Source: Selaginella moellendorffii
Lineage: Eukaryota > Plantae > Lycopodiophyta
Assembly (NCBI RefSeq): GCF_000143415.4
Contig: NW_003314296.1
Span: 124,001 to 188,000 of the forward strand
Direction: 5' to 3'
DNA length: 64,000 nucleotides
Below the pieces are notes generated by a model. That model saw nothing but the letters and a program-made list of their open reading frames with translations, did not search any database and had not been told where the DNA came from. Below are positions 24,434 to 36,705 of this stretch, one piece after another; positions within the stretch are counted from its first letter, which is position 1; each line of letters opens with the position of its first letter. A program made the translations under genes and the position numbers.

Positions 24434-26689
24434 ACTTATCAAAAGCAGGATATCCTTTCTATAGTAACGTTATTGCACGGATTTTCAAATGGAAGGATCG
24501 TTAACAGGAATCTGTTCTGTTTTAGAATCCACTTGTCAGGAGCGGTTTTACTTGCAGTTTTCTCGAATATAAAAAGTAACTCAGATACGTCCTCTTTTGC
24601 GGGTTTTCTAAGAATTCTTTCCAAACCTTCAAATTGATATTTCCAGAACAAAGATGTTGGCAAAGTACAAGGCAATTTGGCTGAGACTTAAGATGTTGAT
24701 TACTTGAATAACTTGATGGGGCAACCTGGAAGTCTTAAAAGAGTCGGTGCAGCCGTTGTTCAGAGGCCAAAATTCGGACAATGTCAGTTGTTGTGCGAAA
24801 CCGTGTTGGCCATGCACGTCAATGCGCTTCCGGCAGTTTTGTTGACCATCTCTGTAACATGCGGAACGTCTAGCTGGACGTCTTCATGTGTAGTGGCTAG
24901 TGAGCAACAGACTGAATTGCAGGAGCTTGGAAACCCTGCAGTAGCCCATGGGAAAGCTTTTCCAAAACACTAGCATTGCCGACTTCTCAATGGTGGCTGC
25001 CGCAAACTCACCTATGCTCTACTCTCACTGCCATGCCATGGAAGTTGATGGATGGCCTGCTCGGACTAGAAAGGCGAGGCTTCTAAACACCAGCAGGAGG
25101 TGTTAGTCACAGCACTTCTATGAGCAAACTTAGCCACTCTAAACTAGAACAAGGCACCATATAAGCGATCAATCAAGTAGAGAAGGGTTCTTCTGTATGA
25201 GCAGTGGCAAAGCATTGGCCATGCTCTGCCACAGCATAATCATCTTCCTGGAGCTGCTGCTGTTCCTCTTGGCATGCTGGGCATCCCACGGCCGGCTGGC
25301 AGCAGAGCTCAGCTTCTCATTTGGTTTCTGGTATTAATTGATTGGTGGAATGTTGTTTTCCAGCAGAGAGCAAGCCCGAAACTGGACTCAACCAGCTGGA
25401 AGTAGTAATCTAATACACTATATTTTACTCAATAGAAAGGGATCCTTTGTAGGTGTTTGCCAAACTCTCTAAGTAGCTTTCAGTGGTCAAGATGTATAAC
25501 TGTGGTCTAGATAAGTATAGTTCTATGTTTATATTTCCTACTAATTGGAAAAGAAGGTGCTCTTTTGTTCATGGGCCACCCTTTAGTTGCTCATAATCTA
25601 TTATATTTTCTAACAAATTCATAAGTCCTCATGAAAAAAAATTAATTGCCATAAATCTCTCAAGAGCCCCACTCTCTTGTTCATAATGAACCATCTCTCA
25701 ACATGTAGATCACTAATATGTGGTATTCTTTCTCAATACCCCTTTGGTCCAAATGTAAAGCTTCTAAATTTTGACTTTTCAGAAGGATATTCAATTGATA
25801 CTTTTAACTAATTGAAAAAAAAAGTACACTCTTGTTTAAAAACTCTTTCTTTTTATATTTGAACTTTAATAAACTATCAATAAAAACACATATTTTTATA
25901 ATTATATAGTTTTTTACTCAATATTAAACTTATTTTTGTAAGCTCAATATTTTGGAAGCATTTAGCACTGAATCAATGTATGCTATTACACTTAACAACT
26001 ACAATAAAATCAATAAAGAAGGTTTTGGAGCTTTGGTCAAAACTAAAGTAGAGTTAATAGTAAAGGAAAGGATGATATTTACTGTTTAAGCAAGATGATG
26101 AGATGTTAACAATCACAAGACCCTCTTTCCCATTTAAGCTATTTACACATAAATAAGCATTAAGTTTACTTGTATTGATATGCTTTATATTGATGGTTGG
26201 ATTGATACAATAAAACAATTAAAGCTCATTGTGAACAACCAAAAAGAATGAGTCAAGAGATGATATATAAAGGTTTAAATATAAAAGAAAAAAGCCCTAT
26301 GAATAGCACTTTATTTTTCAGTTAGTTAAGAATTTTGGGATATTTAGGGTTAACCATCCATAAATTTGAGTTTTGTTGGGCTCGATGCAAATTCATGAGC
26401 TTAAACTATCACAACAATTAGACAAAGTTATGTAATAAATAAATTAAAAAATAGTTGAAATTTCATATATAACCTTACTTTTTTTATGGATCATTCTTTG
26501 CAAGCATATATTTGTTAAGGATTAAAGAAATTAACAAGTTGCTACCACTGAATAGACTTAAGAAGATCTTAGGATTTTACTTTGTTGCACTAAAAATAAT
26601 ATAAAGAGATATTTTTGTAAATTGAGGTATTATTATTGTACAAAAACAATATAAATCCCCAACTTATAAAGGATGTTTAAAGGAAGTTG

Positions 26690-26863
26690 TGTGAATGCAT
26701 AGAATATAGAAAGGGATTATAGAAAATGTGCATATCAATTAACCCAAAAACCCTAACTTTTATATAAGAGCAAGTGGTCCGAATTGAAACTAATTTGATG
26801 GCTACTAAAATCCCATTACACTAATATTAGTACGACATCGTAGTTATATATTTAGACCTCACA
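26690..26863 (-). repeat. 3' LTR of gypsy element (174 bp)
   Basis: Aligns end to end with 32368-32543, with many transitions. Confidence 0.85.
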
Positions 26864-28096
26864 TTATCCCTTCCTCTCGGAATAATAGAAGATCATTAGG
26901 GTTCCCTTGTAGATGGACCAAGATTTGGAGGAATGTCAAGAGGAAGCATTAGTGGATCTGTAAGTGGTATTAGCTGTTCCTAATCCTTTTGGACGAAGCG
27001 TTTCAACCGTTGCATATGCACAATTTCTGGAGGATTGACTTGTTAGACGTCATGCCGAACCTCATAAACTTGCCGTAATACCTAATATGGTCCTTTCCAC
27101 TAAACAAAAAGCCCCTAGATAAACCATATACCATAAAATGGAGAAAATAAACTAATACCAAATCACCCACTTTTTACTCCACATGTGGACGATGATAGGA
27201 GTTATACGCCATTATTGTCCCACTTGTATGCAGCCTAAGTGTTTGGCAGACTCTGCTCAGATAAGTGGAAGAATGCTCGTCAAATACTAATCCCATGACC
27301 TAGCATTAGTAGCTTGTGGCAATCGTGAAGGTAAACCCAGCTCCATTGGTAATATTAGATCATGACTATATAAGAGTTTATATGGTGAAGTATTAATAAA
27401 ACTCTGCACCCTTGTGACATATGCATACCGAAACAACAACAAATAACCATCTCAATCCGAATGTTGAAAGTTCACGTACTTCATGATCATCCCTTTGAAC
27501 GTCTGAATGAGCCATTCCACCAAATTGTCTGATTGTGGATAATAAACACTCATAAAAGTGTGGCGTATCCCCAACTGAGACGTCAAAACATGAAATGCCT
27601 CAACCATAAATGCAGGACCATTATCCAAAAATATCGTAGTATCTTGGTTGTTTTGTGGATCATCTTTTTGATCGCACTGCACCGTTGCAAGCATTAATGA
27701 AGTCATCAACGCCATCTGTTATCTGATCTCCGGATTGTGAGTAGGCGTTCATGGATCTCAAAGAGCTATTGACGACTCCTCCGGTGTTAGCATATCTTGA
27801 CTACAGTCAACCTTTCATTTTGTGCGTGGATGCTTCTGGTATTGGTCTTGGAAGTGTGTTGATGCATGAGAGCTCAAGTGTGTATGATCAGTGCCATCCC
27901 ATTGTGTATATTAACCGTACGTTACAACTAGCAAAGGTGAACTACTCCACAACAGAGAAGGAATGTTTAACAATAGTTTGGGGTTTCAAGAAATATTATA
28001 CATATCTACATGGTTTTCGAACATTACTAAAAGGTAATTATACTGCCATTACTTTATCATTGAAGTGGAAGAACCTGGTTGGTCGTACTGCTCAAT

Positions 28097-28691
28097 TGTA
28101 AGCAACCAAAGGGAACGACTCGAGAGACGATCCATAGGGGTTCAAATATAGAGGGAAAGGGCCTATGAATAAGAGTGCACCCCCTTTTCCAATCGGTTAA
28201 GGGTCTTGGGATAGTTGGAGTTAAGCGTCCTTGGGTTTGAATAGTACTGGGCTGGGTGACCTCCTGGGAAGTCCAAACTCAGGAGCTTACATTTGGTATC
28301 AGAGGGGTCTCGGGTCCGACTCTGTTGGTTGGCTAGGGGAATCACACCACATGTTGATTGACATCTGGCTGGTCCAGTTTGCTCCCGCTGGGCTCGACCC
28401 GAGGGGTAGGGTGTCAAGAGAGCGGGGCTCTCGGGAGAGCTGTGGCTCTCAGCTTCTGTTCACGAGGGCGTGAACTTGCAGGGAAGCGTGGTGGATTGTA
28501 AGCAACCAAAGGGAACGACTCGAGAGACGATCCATAGGGGTTCAAATATAGAGGGAAAGGGCCCATGAATAAGAGTGCACCCCCTTTTCCAATCGGTTAA
28601 GGGTCTTGGGATAGTTGGAGTTAAGCATCCTTGGGTTTGAATAGTACTGGGCTGGGTGACCTCCTGGGAAGTCCAAACTCAGGAGCTTACA
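28097..28691 (+). mobile_element. Cassandra-type TRIM (595 bp) with 5S rRNA-derived LTRs
   Basis: 195-bp LTRs 28097-28291 and 28497-28691 (2 mismatches), TGT...ACA ends, perfect TSD TCAAT, tRNA-iMet PBS TGGTATCAGAG at 28294, purine tract before the 3' LTR, 205-bp non-coding interior. Confidence 0.93.
28219..28274 (+). promoter_or_regulatory. 5S rRNA internal Pol III promoter (A box - IE - C box) in TRIM LTR; second copy at 28619-28674
   Basis: AGTTAAGCGTCCTTGGGTTTGAATAGTACTGGGCTGGGTGACCTCCTGGGAAGTCC aligns without gaps to the plant 5S internal control region (49/56 identities to the angiosperm sequence as recalled). Confidence 0.88.
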
Positions 28692-31600
28692 TCAATGAGC
28701 TTTGAAACTTTAAATATATAATTTTGATGTTATTCATCACCCAAGGAGTTCTATGGTTGATGTTGATGCCCTTTCTCAAGATTTTTTTCCTTCTTTACTC
28801 TCTTCTCATGTTTCTAATAAGCTTGTTATTCTAGCATCTATGGATTTTCTAAATGAGGATTCTGTGCCATTTGCAGTTGTTGTACTTGATGTTCAGTTTC
28901 CACAAGGTACAGAACAAGACCTACCTTCTCTTGATGAGGTTCATGAGGCTTAAAAGATTAAGCCATAAATTCAAATGCTTCGAGAAAGGTTTGAGAATTC
29001 TACATCATTTGCTGATGACTTGCTATTCCAGCATTTACATTCTCAATATCACCTTAAAGACAACCTTCTTTATTTTATGGGGATGGATCCTAATGATCAT
29101 TTACGGTTGATGGTGCCTTTAATCTTTATTCCACGGTTTCTTCATGCTTACCATGATTCTCCTATTCTATGTGGGAATATAGGACATTGTCATATGATCG
29201 AGAAGCTGTACAAGTCTTTGTATTGGCAGAATATGCAACACAATGTTATCCACTATATGTGTAGTTGCATTTGGTGTCAAACTTTTGATCTTATGGGACC
29301 TTTTCCATGATCGACTACTAACAATGAATATGTTATTACTTTTGACTACTTGATTTGTTGGGTGGAAGTTGGTGCTTTTGCTAACACCTCTGCAACTATT
29401 GTTGGATACTTCCTCCTTAATCAAGTGGTGTTCTAGCATTCTTGCCTAAGAAGTGTTGTACATCATTTACACACTTCAAAGAAGAGAACTTTAAAACAAC
29501 CATAAGTTCGTCAAAATTAATTTACAAACCCTCACAAAAAATACGGTACCTAAGATAAGTCATATCCTTGGACCCAAACATGGCATTGACTAGGCACACT
29601 TGGGCTTTCCTACATCAACACACCTCCGAAAACAATATTAGAAGCATCCACGTGCAAATGAAAGGTTAAGTGTAGTCAAGATACGCTAAAACTGGAGGAG
29701 TCACTAATAGCTCTTTGAGATCCATGAACACATGCTTATAATTCAGAGACTAGATAAAAGATGACGTTGATGATTTCATGAACGTTTGCAACAGTGTAAT
29801 GCGATTAGAAAGATCCACAAAACAACCAAGATACTGCACTTGCCCAGGAAGCACTACACATCATTTACACACTTCAGAGAAGGGAATTTTACAACAGCCA
29901 TAAGTTCATTATGATCAACTTGCAAACCCTCAAGAAAAATATGGTACCCAAGGTAAGTTGTGTTCTTAGACCCAAACACGCACTTTAATTGCTTCAGCTT
30001 TAAACCAATGTCCCATAGCCGATCTAACACTTTACAAATATCATGGATGTGCTCCTCCCATGTCCTTTCCGAGTGGATTAAGACATCATCAATAAAGTCA
30101 GCAATCATCTATGGCATATCGCAAAGAACTTTATCCATCATCTTGCTAGAGCATTGTTCAAACCAAAAGGCATCACCAAGAATTTATATAAATTAAATAG
30201 TGTATGAAAAGCAGTTTTAGGAATATCTTCTTCAGCAATCAATACTTGCCAATACCCAAAAGCAAGATCTAGCTTGGTGAACCAATGACTTCTCCTCAGA
30301 CAATCAAAAAGATCAACTATATGAGGAAGAGGGTACACATCTAGAATGGTCACTTCATTTAACAAACAATAGTTGATGCAGAAAAGAATATTCCTATCAG
30401 ATTTTGTCACAAGATGAGGTTCATATGCCTAAGGACTTCACGACTTCTAAATAACACCCTTCTTCAACATTTCCTTGACGTTTGCATGTAAAATCTTAAT
30501 CTCTTTGAGTGACCGACAATGAATAGGAACCTTGATTGGATGAGCATCCCCAGTTGAAATCGAATGACATGTGGCAATCTTGGCCCCAAACAATAGGTTA
30601 AATTCAAAGAGATCGGAATACTCCTTCATGAGCCAATCAACTGCTGCAACACAAAGACTATTGGAGGGATCGATAAAGGGAAGAGCGGAATAAGACGAAG
30701 GAAGTAGTGGGGGGACAAAAATAATGGAAAAAGAAGGATGAAGAGGTATAGAAGTGAGAGGAATGGATGATATATAAGTATAAGACAAGGGGGAGAAGTC
30801 TCAAAGTCACACTTGGCATGATTGTGCTGCAACCAATCCATACCAAGGATGAAATCAAAAACTTGACTCGACACCATTCACAATGATTGCAACCCAAGGT
30901 CGAGATCACCCATAGGCACAACCAAGTCTGCCTCATCCCATGCACATGCATGTGTATGCCCATTACCATAAAAAATGAAAATTGGCTTTGCCACATGACG
31001 CAAATGTAGATGGCAACGTATGGCAATAAATCGAGCAATAGAAGATAAATTTGACCTGTATCAACCAACATGGAGAGAATAATAAAAGACTTTTTGTTAT
31101 AAAAACGAGATTGGAAAGTAAACACTCACATTCACGAACCGGTGTCAAGTGAACCCCTTGGTAATACTCCCGAAAGAAAGATGGAAAGGTCACTAACTTA
31201 TTCGCGCAAGGTCCCTCCAATACTTGTGTGACTCCTCATTTCTTAGATGCATCTTGGTGTCTATACCTTTCACTATAATAGCACTAATAGAACATTATTG
31301 ATGCCAAGGTTTTCACCTAGGAAATCGCCAATTTGGAAAATGCCAATAACACCGATAAGTGTGACCAACTTCATCACATGCCTAATAGCAAACATTACAA
31401 CCACGATCACGTCCTCACCCTTGTCTTTGGACTTGAGTAGCAGTAGCATCAACCTCCATTGGAATAGGACTATCACCCACAAGAAGTGGAACAAAAGGAC
31501 GTGTAGTAAGAAGTGGAAGAGGCAATGTCTCATAATGTTGTGCCAAGCGAAGCGCATCGTCAAAGGTGGCCAGAGCAAGTGCATGCACAAGTCCGACAAA

Positions 31601-32367
31601 ATCTTAATAAAGTGTTAGGTATAACATTCATAACTTCATATTTGGCTTCGCACAAAGCAAGAGGCTTCGGAAACAGACACTAAATTGCATCATTGACTCA
31701 AATGGCCCTTAACAAAGATGATGCAATTGTTGGAAAACATCATCACAATCATCAGCATGTCCAAATATGCATTTGAAGATGTTTAGGAAAACACTCTAAT
31801 CCCCACGAGTAGTTGCACTCAAACCATTATACCATTGCAGCGCCGTCCCTTAAAGACACATAAAAAACTTATCAAACATTGAGCATCATCCCAAGAATGA
31901 TATATGGCAATCACCGTAAAGTGATTGAACCAATGGTACACATCATCCCTAAGATTCCCACGAAAGAACTCCAACTGAACACGAGGATTGGCACCAAGAG
32001 CAGGAGGAGTTGTACCACGTGCCGTGAATGCTGCCATCAACTAAGTTTGGTTGTTTAATTGCAATTGCATAACATCAAGCAATTGCACCAACTACTGCTC
32101 TAGAGTCAAAAGAGGAGATTATTGCTCTGCTATGAAGACAAATAAAAAGAACAAAGCAAAAAAAGAAAAATGAAAAAAAAAACTAGAAGGAAAGGGAGAT
32201 CTAAATAATGGAAAAGCTAGATATAAACTAAAATCCTAAAAGGAAAGAACAAAAAAAAGAAAATGAAAAAAGTTAGATTTAAATGGTGTAAAGGTTAAAT
32301 TTAAATCAAAAATCTTAAATCCAAGCACTCCTCAGGGACAATGAAAGATGCCCCTCGTCTCCACAAA

Positions 32368-32543
32368 TGTGAGTACATAGAATATGGAAAGGGAATATAG
32401 AAAATGTGCATATCAATTAGTCTAAAAATCCTAACTTATATACAAGAGCAAATGGTCTAGATTAAAACCAATCTAATAGCTACCAAAATCCCACTACACT
32501 AAGATTAGTATACCACATCGTAGCCATACACTTGGACCTCACA
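32368..32543 (-). repeat. 5' LTR of gypsy element (176 bp), followed on the minus strand by a degenerate PBS
   Basis: Pair of 26690-26863; adjacent TTGTGGAGACGAGGGGCATC resembles the complement of a tRNA-Ala 3' end (inference). Confidence 0.8.
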
Positions 32544-34275
32544 GCTGATATTATTAGTCATTTAATACCTACCAAAGTGACAATTTCAAAACATAAAGCT
32601 ATGTGTAAATTAAAAGAGAGAAACTCATAAAACATAGCAAATATGGATGTTATATGAATGGCAAAGTAAACACAAATGCAATAGTTGCAGATCCAGATAT
32701 GTTAAAACTATATAGTTTTTATTATATTTTATATTTTTGGTTCTTAGGAAATATATTACATTAAAATATATTTCACCACAACTTATCATGTCTAGCCTGG
32801 GGGGTATATTAGACCCTTCATACAGACGCTCGATTTTTTTGTGTCATTATGATATTGTTCCCACTGTCCATGCATTTCCCATTGAGCTTGTGGAGCCCGA
32901 TTATTTCACATTGTGCTGAGACTTATAATGCTGATAACAAATAACATGAAAATCCCTGAAGCCCTGGAAACATAAGGAGATATTTGGTAAATGGTGATTA
33001 AAAATATGTGACCAGGTTAAGTCGGCCATTAGCTGCTATAGAACTATAGAGCAAACGAACTCTTGGTGAGCAAGGACATTATTCTGAAATTCCACCAGAC
33101 TTCTTTCTACTTAAACTGTGACCCACATTCTTTCTTGTGAATTTATATCAATAGTGATTGGTCAATCTATCCATTCTTCTTCTACTCAAATTCTACTTCC
33201 ATCACCAGACGGTGTCATGTTGGTCTTATTAAAGAGGAAAACAAAAAAGGCTTGGAGTTATGGTTTTTAGAGCCATTCACAATTCCTCAGGTTTATGTTG
33301 AGCTGAAGGGACAAGAAGCTATTAAGCCCATATTGAAACTAATATAATTCCTGTTCTCACAGGCACTCTGATAGTTAGATAATCTCTCCTTCTTGCCCTG
33401 TTAACAATTCAGAGAGGGATTGGCAGTCGTCCAAGATGAGAGTCTTGACACCCATCTCCTGTTACGCACAGTCCCTATGAGACCACCAAACGCCCCAGAC
33501 CTCCTGCCGGATCTCTAACCTGGTCGAGCAGCCAGACGAAATTGGAAACACCGAAGAGCTCCTGTGCGCTGTCTTTTGGAAAGCATAGAGCCACGCAAAC
33601 ACCATCGTTGCAACCCAGTCGACCACGGCCGATGCCTTTTCTTCAAATCTTCGTCTTCAAACGACGACGATCAGGCTGGCCACCTGCATCTCCTCTTGGA
33701 CAAGCTCCACAGGTCCCCGCTCCAATCTCAAATCTCACCAAGAAAGTGCGCAAAGGATGTCTTTCATCTGCTTCGTCCTCTTGGATCCAACCGGAGCAGA
33801 AAAACGAGAGCCCTCTACGAGCTCGCAGCATCACCATCGCAAAGATCTTGGATTTGCATCTGGCGAAGAGCTGCCCTGGTCGCAGTGAGTTTGTTGCGAG
33901 CATGTGGAGGAAGGGGTGGGCGGGGATGGTTTAGTAGAAGCTCTGTGCCACTTGGTTGGCGAACCAAAGAATTTAATCATCATTGTTTGATGAAGCAATG
34001 CATGGTGGTAATTAGAATAATTATAAGGTTTAAGTCATGCCATAAAATTAAATTAAAATGTCGTAGATGATCTTTGATGAGAAGCTATAGATTCTCTTTT
34101 AGAGTGGGGAAAGAACAAACAACCAAATTCTCCGCGTTGGGCACAAAGTTTGCTGATACCTGACACACGACACATGATGAGGGTCCCTCAAGAAAACGAT
34201 GCGATGATCTCCAACTCAAAGTGGAGAAACAAAAAAACCACCAAAGAATTATGAAGATCCACAGTCCCGATTTGC

Positions 34276-34296
34276 GAGAGAGAGAGAGAGAGAGAG
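34276..34296 (+). repeat. (GA)n microsatellite
   Basis: gagagagagagagagagagag. Confidence 0.85.
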
Positions 34297-34797
34297 GAGG
34301 GGAGTGAAAGAGAGAGGTGAGCTATCACACACTCTCACCTAGTGACTGTCCCCAACAGCAGCATTGAATCGCGCTTAACGACTTATCGACGATCAAAAGT
34401 TTGGTGTACTGCATGGACCCAGCACCTTAAAAACACACTGCATAAGTATTCCACCCGAATTTCCCACTTTGTCAAGCCTTAACACTTACCTCTCTGCGCG
34501 AGAGCTCCTCGAACAAGGAGGTCCTCTTTCTTTCCTCTTCTTCTTTTCTTTTTTTTCTCTTCTGGAATTCTCGTCCACTTCATTCCTCTGCAAAGCCTGG
34601 CTCCGACTCTGATCGATTCTCTTCACCCCCTCGCTCCCATTTGCCACAGAGAATCGGAAGTTAATACAAGCACTTCTTTCCTCGATTGCAGTTCTTGCTG
34701 AAACTTCGCGTACCTTGTACTGACTCTGCTTGTTCTGTTTCTTGCTTTTTCTCCTCTCCGGGAAGAGATAAGAATTCGCCACTCCACACCAATCGTC

Positions 34798-36165
34798 ATG
34801 GATCACAGCCTAACTGCATTGTCGTCTCGATGGAGGTGGAGCACTTTCCTGTTCTCGGCGATGATCCTGGCGGAGTTCTTCCCCCTGTCCCAGCAACTTT
34901 CGTACGATTACTACGACAACGTCTGTCCCCAGGCCGAAAGAACTGTGAGAGCTTCGATTTCCAGCAACCTTGCGGGTGATCCCACCGCCGCAGCGGCGCT
35001 TCTCAGGCTTGCCTTCCACGACTGCCAAGTTGGAGTAAGTTCTTCGCACTGTTCTTTCCTTTCAGTCAGCTGAATTTCTGTTTCTTTCGTTGTCACCACC
35101 ACCACCGGGAAAATCAAAACTCGTTTCTCTGTTCTCCGGCCCAGGGATGCGACGCTTCCATCATGCTGAATTCGCAAGGTGGCATCACCAGCGAGATGGT
35201 TGCCTCCAAGAACTTTGGAATCCGGCGTCTCAACCTCATTGACAACGCGAAAGCGGCTGTGGACTCGCAATGCGGGCCTGGCAGAGTTTCTTGTGCTGAC
35301 ATTATCGCCATGGCTGGAAGGGACGCCGTTGTCTTCGCAGGAGGCCCCGACTTTCGAATTCCCATGGGAAGGCTCGACAGCACGTTTGCTAGCAATGCCG
35401 CCGCCGATTCCAGCCTTCCACCGACGACCATCAGCGTTGATAATTTCCTCAACCTCTTTGGATCCATGGGCATGTCCACAGAAGAAAGCGTTGCAATTAT
35501 GGGTAAGTTCTTCCAGTGTTCCTTAGAATTCCCTCTTCCAAAATTCTCATCTCCGTAAGTTCGTTGTCTCATCGGCTCTTAGAGTGGTTCTTTAAGTTCA
35601 TCGTTCCAAAAGTTTTCATATCGGTAAGTTTCCGCCAGAGTCCAAGTTTCAAAGTTCTCTGTTCGTCCGTTTCCGAGAGTCTCGATAAAGTTTCCCCGCG
35701 AGTGCACGTTTCTTAGTTTCAAGTTTCTCACGGATAAAAAACCTCGTTTCTTACCAACCAGGTGGCGGTCATACTCTCGGCGTCGGGCACTGCGTGAACA
35801 TCGTCAACCGGCTCTATCCCAATGCGGAGTCGACCTTGAGCTTCGTATACGCGACTAGATTGCGAGTGAGCTGCCCGTCCTCAGATCCCAGATTCATCAT
35901 CAATGCCACTACTGTCCAGAACGATTTCAGCAGCCTTCAGTTCGACAATCAGTACTTTCGAGAGGCGACAATGGGTCTCGGACTCTTCACCATTGATGCA
36001 GCGCTGGCCAGTGACGCGAGAACTTCTCCGATAGTGGCCAGGTTCTCTCAGAACCAGAACTCTTTCTTCAATGCCTTCGCAAGTGCTTACGCGAAGCTCA
36101 CTTCTTTCAACGTACTGACTGGAAATCGAGGTGAAGTGAGAAACAACTGCAGATTTGTGAACTAA
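34798..36165 (+). CDS. Class III secretory peroxidase (PRX29-like), 3 exons
   Basis: LSYDYYDNVCP, LLRLAFHDCQVG/GCDASIML, VSCADIIAMAGRDAV, GGGHTLGVGHC, FDNQYF, GEVRNNCRFVN-stop. Confidence 0.95.
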
Positions 36166-36705
36166 AGTTCAAGAAAGAAGAAAAAATGGAAGTTTCGCTA
36201 CCTTCTAGAACGGACAGCGTGTTCTCCACCAGCTAGCTAGGCTAGTCAGTCCAAGATCTTTACGAACTGGTACGAGATAAAGTCGGGAAAAAAAAGGAAC
36301 ACATGAAAAATAAAATAAAAAAGAAGGTTCCTTTCTTGTACCTTGAGACGTAGCTTTACACAGTGTGTTCTCCACTGGGCAGTCAAATAAAAACACCATC
36401 TTTACGAATTATATGCTCCTTGTCTGGACTTGCATCGCAAGGATATCTTGCACAGCACGCGTCAGTCCCACACTGAAAAGATTGATTCCTAGTAAAATGT
36501 CATACCTTATACGTGAGTGGAAGGACTTCCAGCTAAGTCGCCCAAGAGCAGCAATCATGCTGAAAAGTTTTGCTGTTCCTGTAACATTCACCGTTAGAGA
36601 ATCACTTGCTGGAAAACAACCTTTTGACATACCAAAAACTTTGTCTCGATGCCATTCATGCGCACAAACTTCCCGTTGACATGGTCTGCTCGTCCGCTCC
36701 AGTTG

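Larger units (their letters stand above)
26690..32543 (-). mobile_element. Decayed Ty3/gypsy LTR retrotransposon with internal inversion
   Basis: Direct repeats TG...CA at 26690-26863 and 32368-32543; possible TSD gttg/gctg; PPT GAGAGGAAGGGATAA next to the 3' LTR; remnants of gag (~32040), protease (LVDTG; FDFILGMDWL), RT (YPLPHI..; FIDDVLIHS), RNase H (LCVDASGIGLGSVL; on + strand) and integrase (DNGPAF..YYPQSD); many stops. Confidence 0.88.

Noticed and set aside
28219-28274. Bona fide 5S rRNA gene
   Set aside because: Only the internal ~56 nt is present; the 5' part and oligo-T terminator are missing, and it sits inside LTRs.
33400-34070. GC-rich ORF cluster upstream of the peroxidase
   Set aside because: No identifiable domain in any frame; left unannotated.
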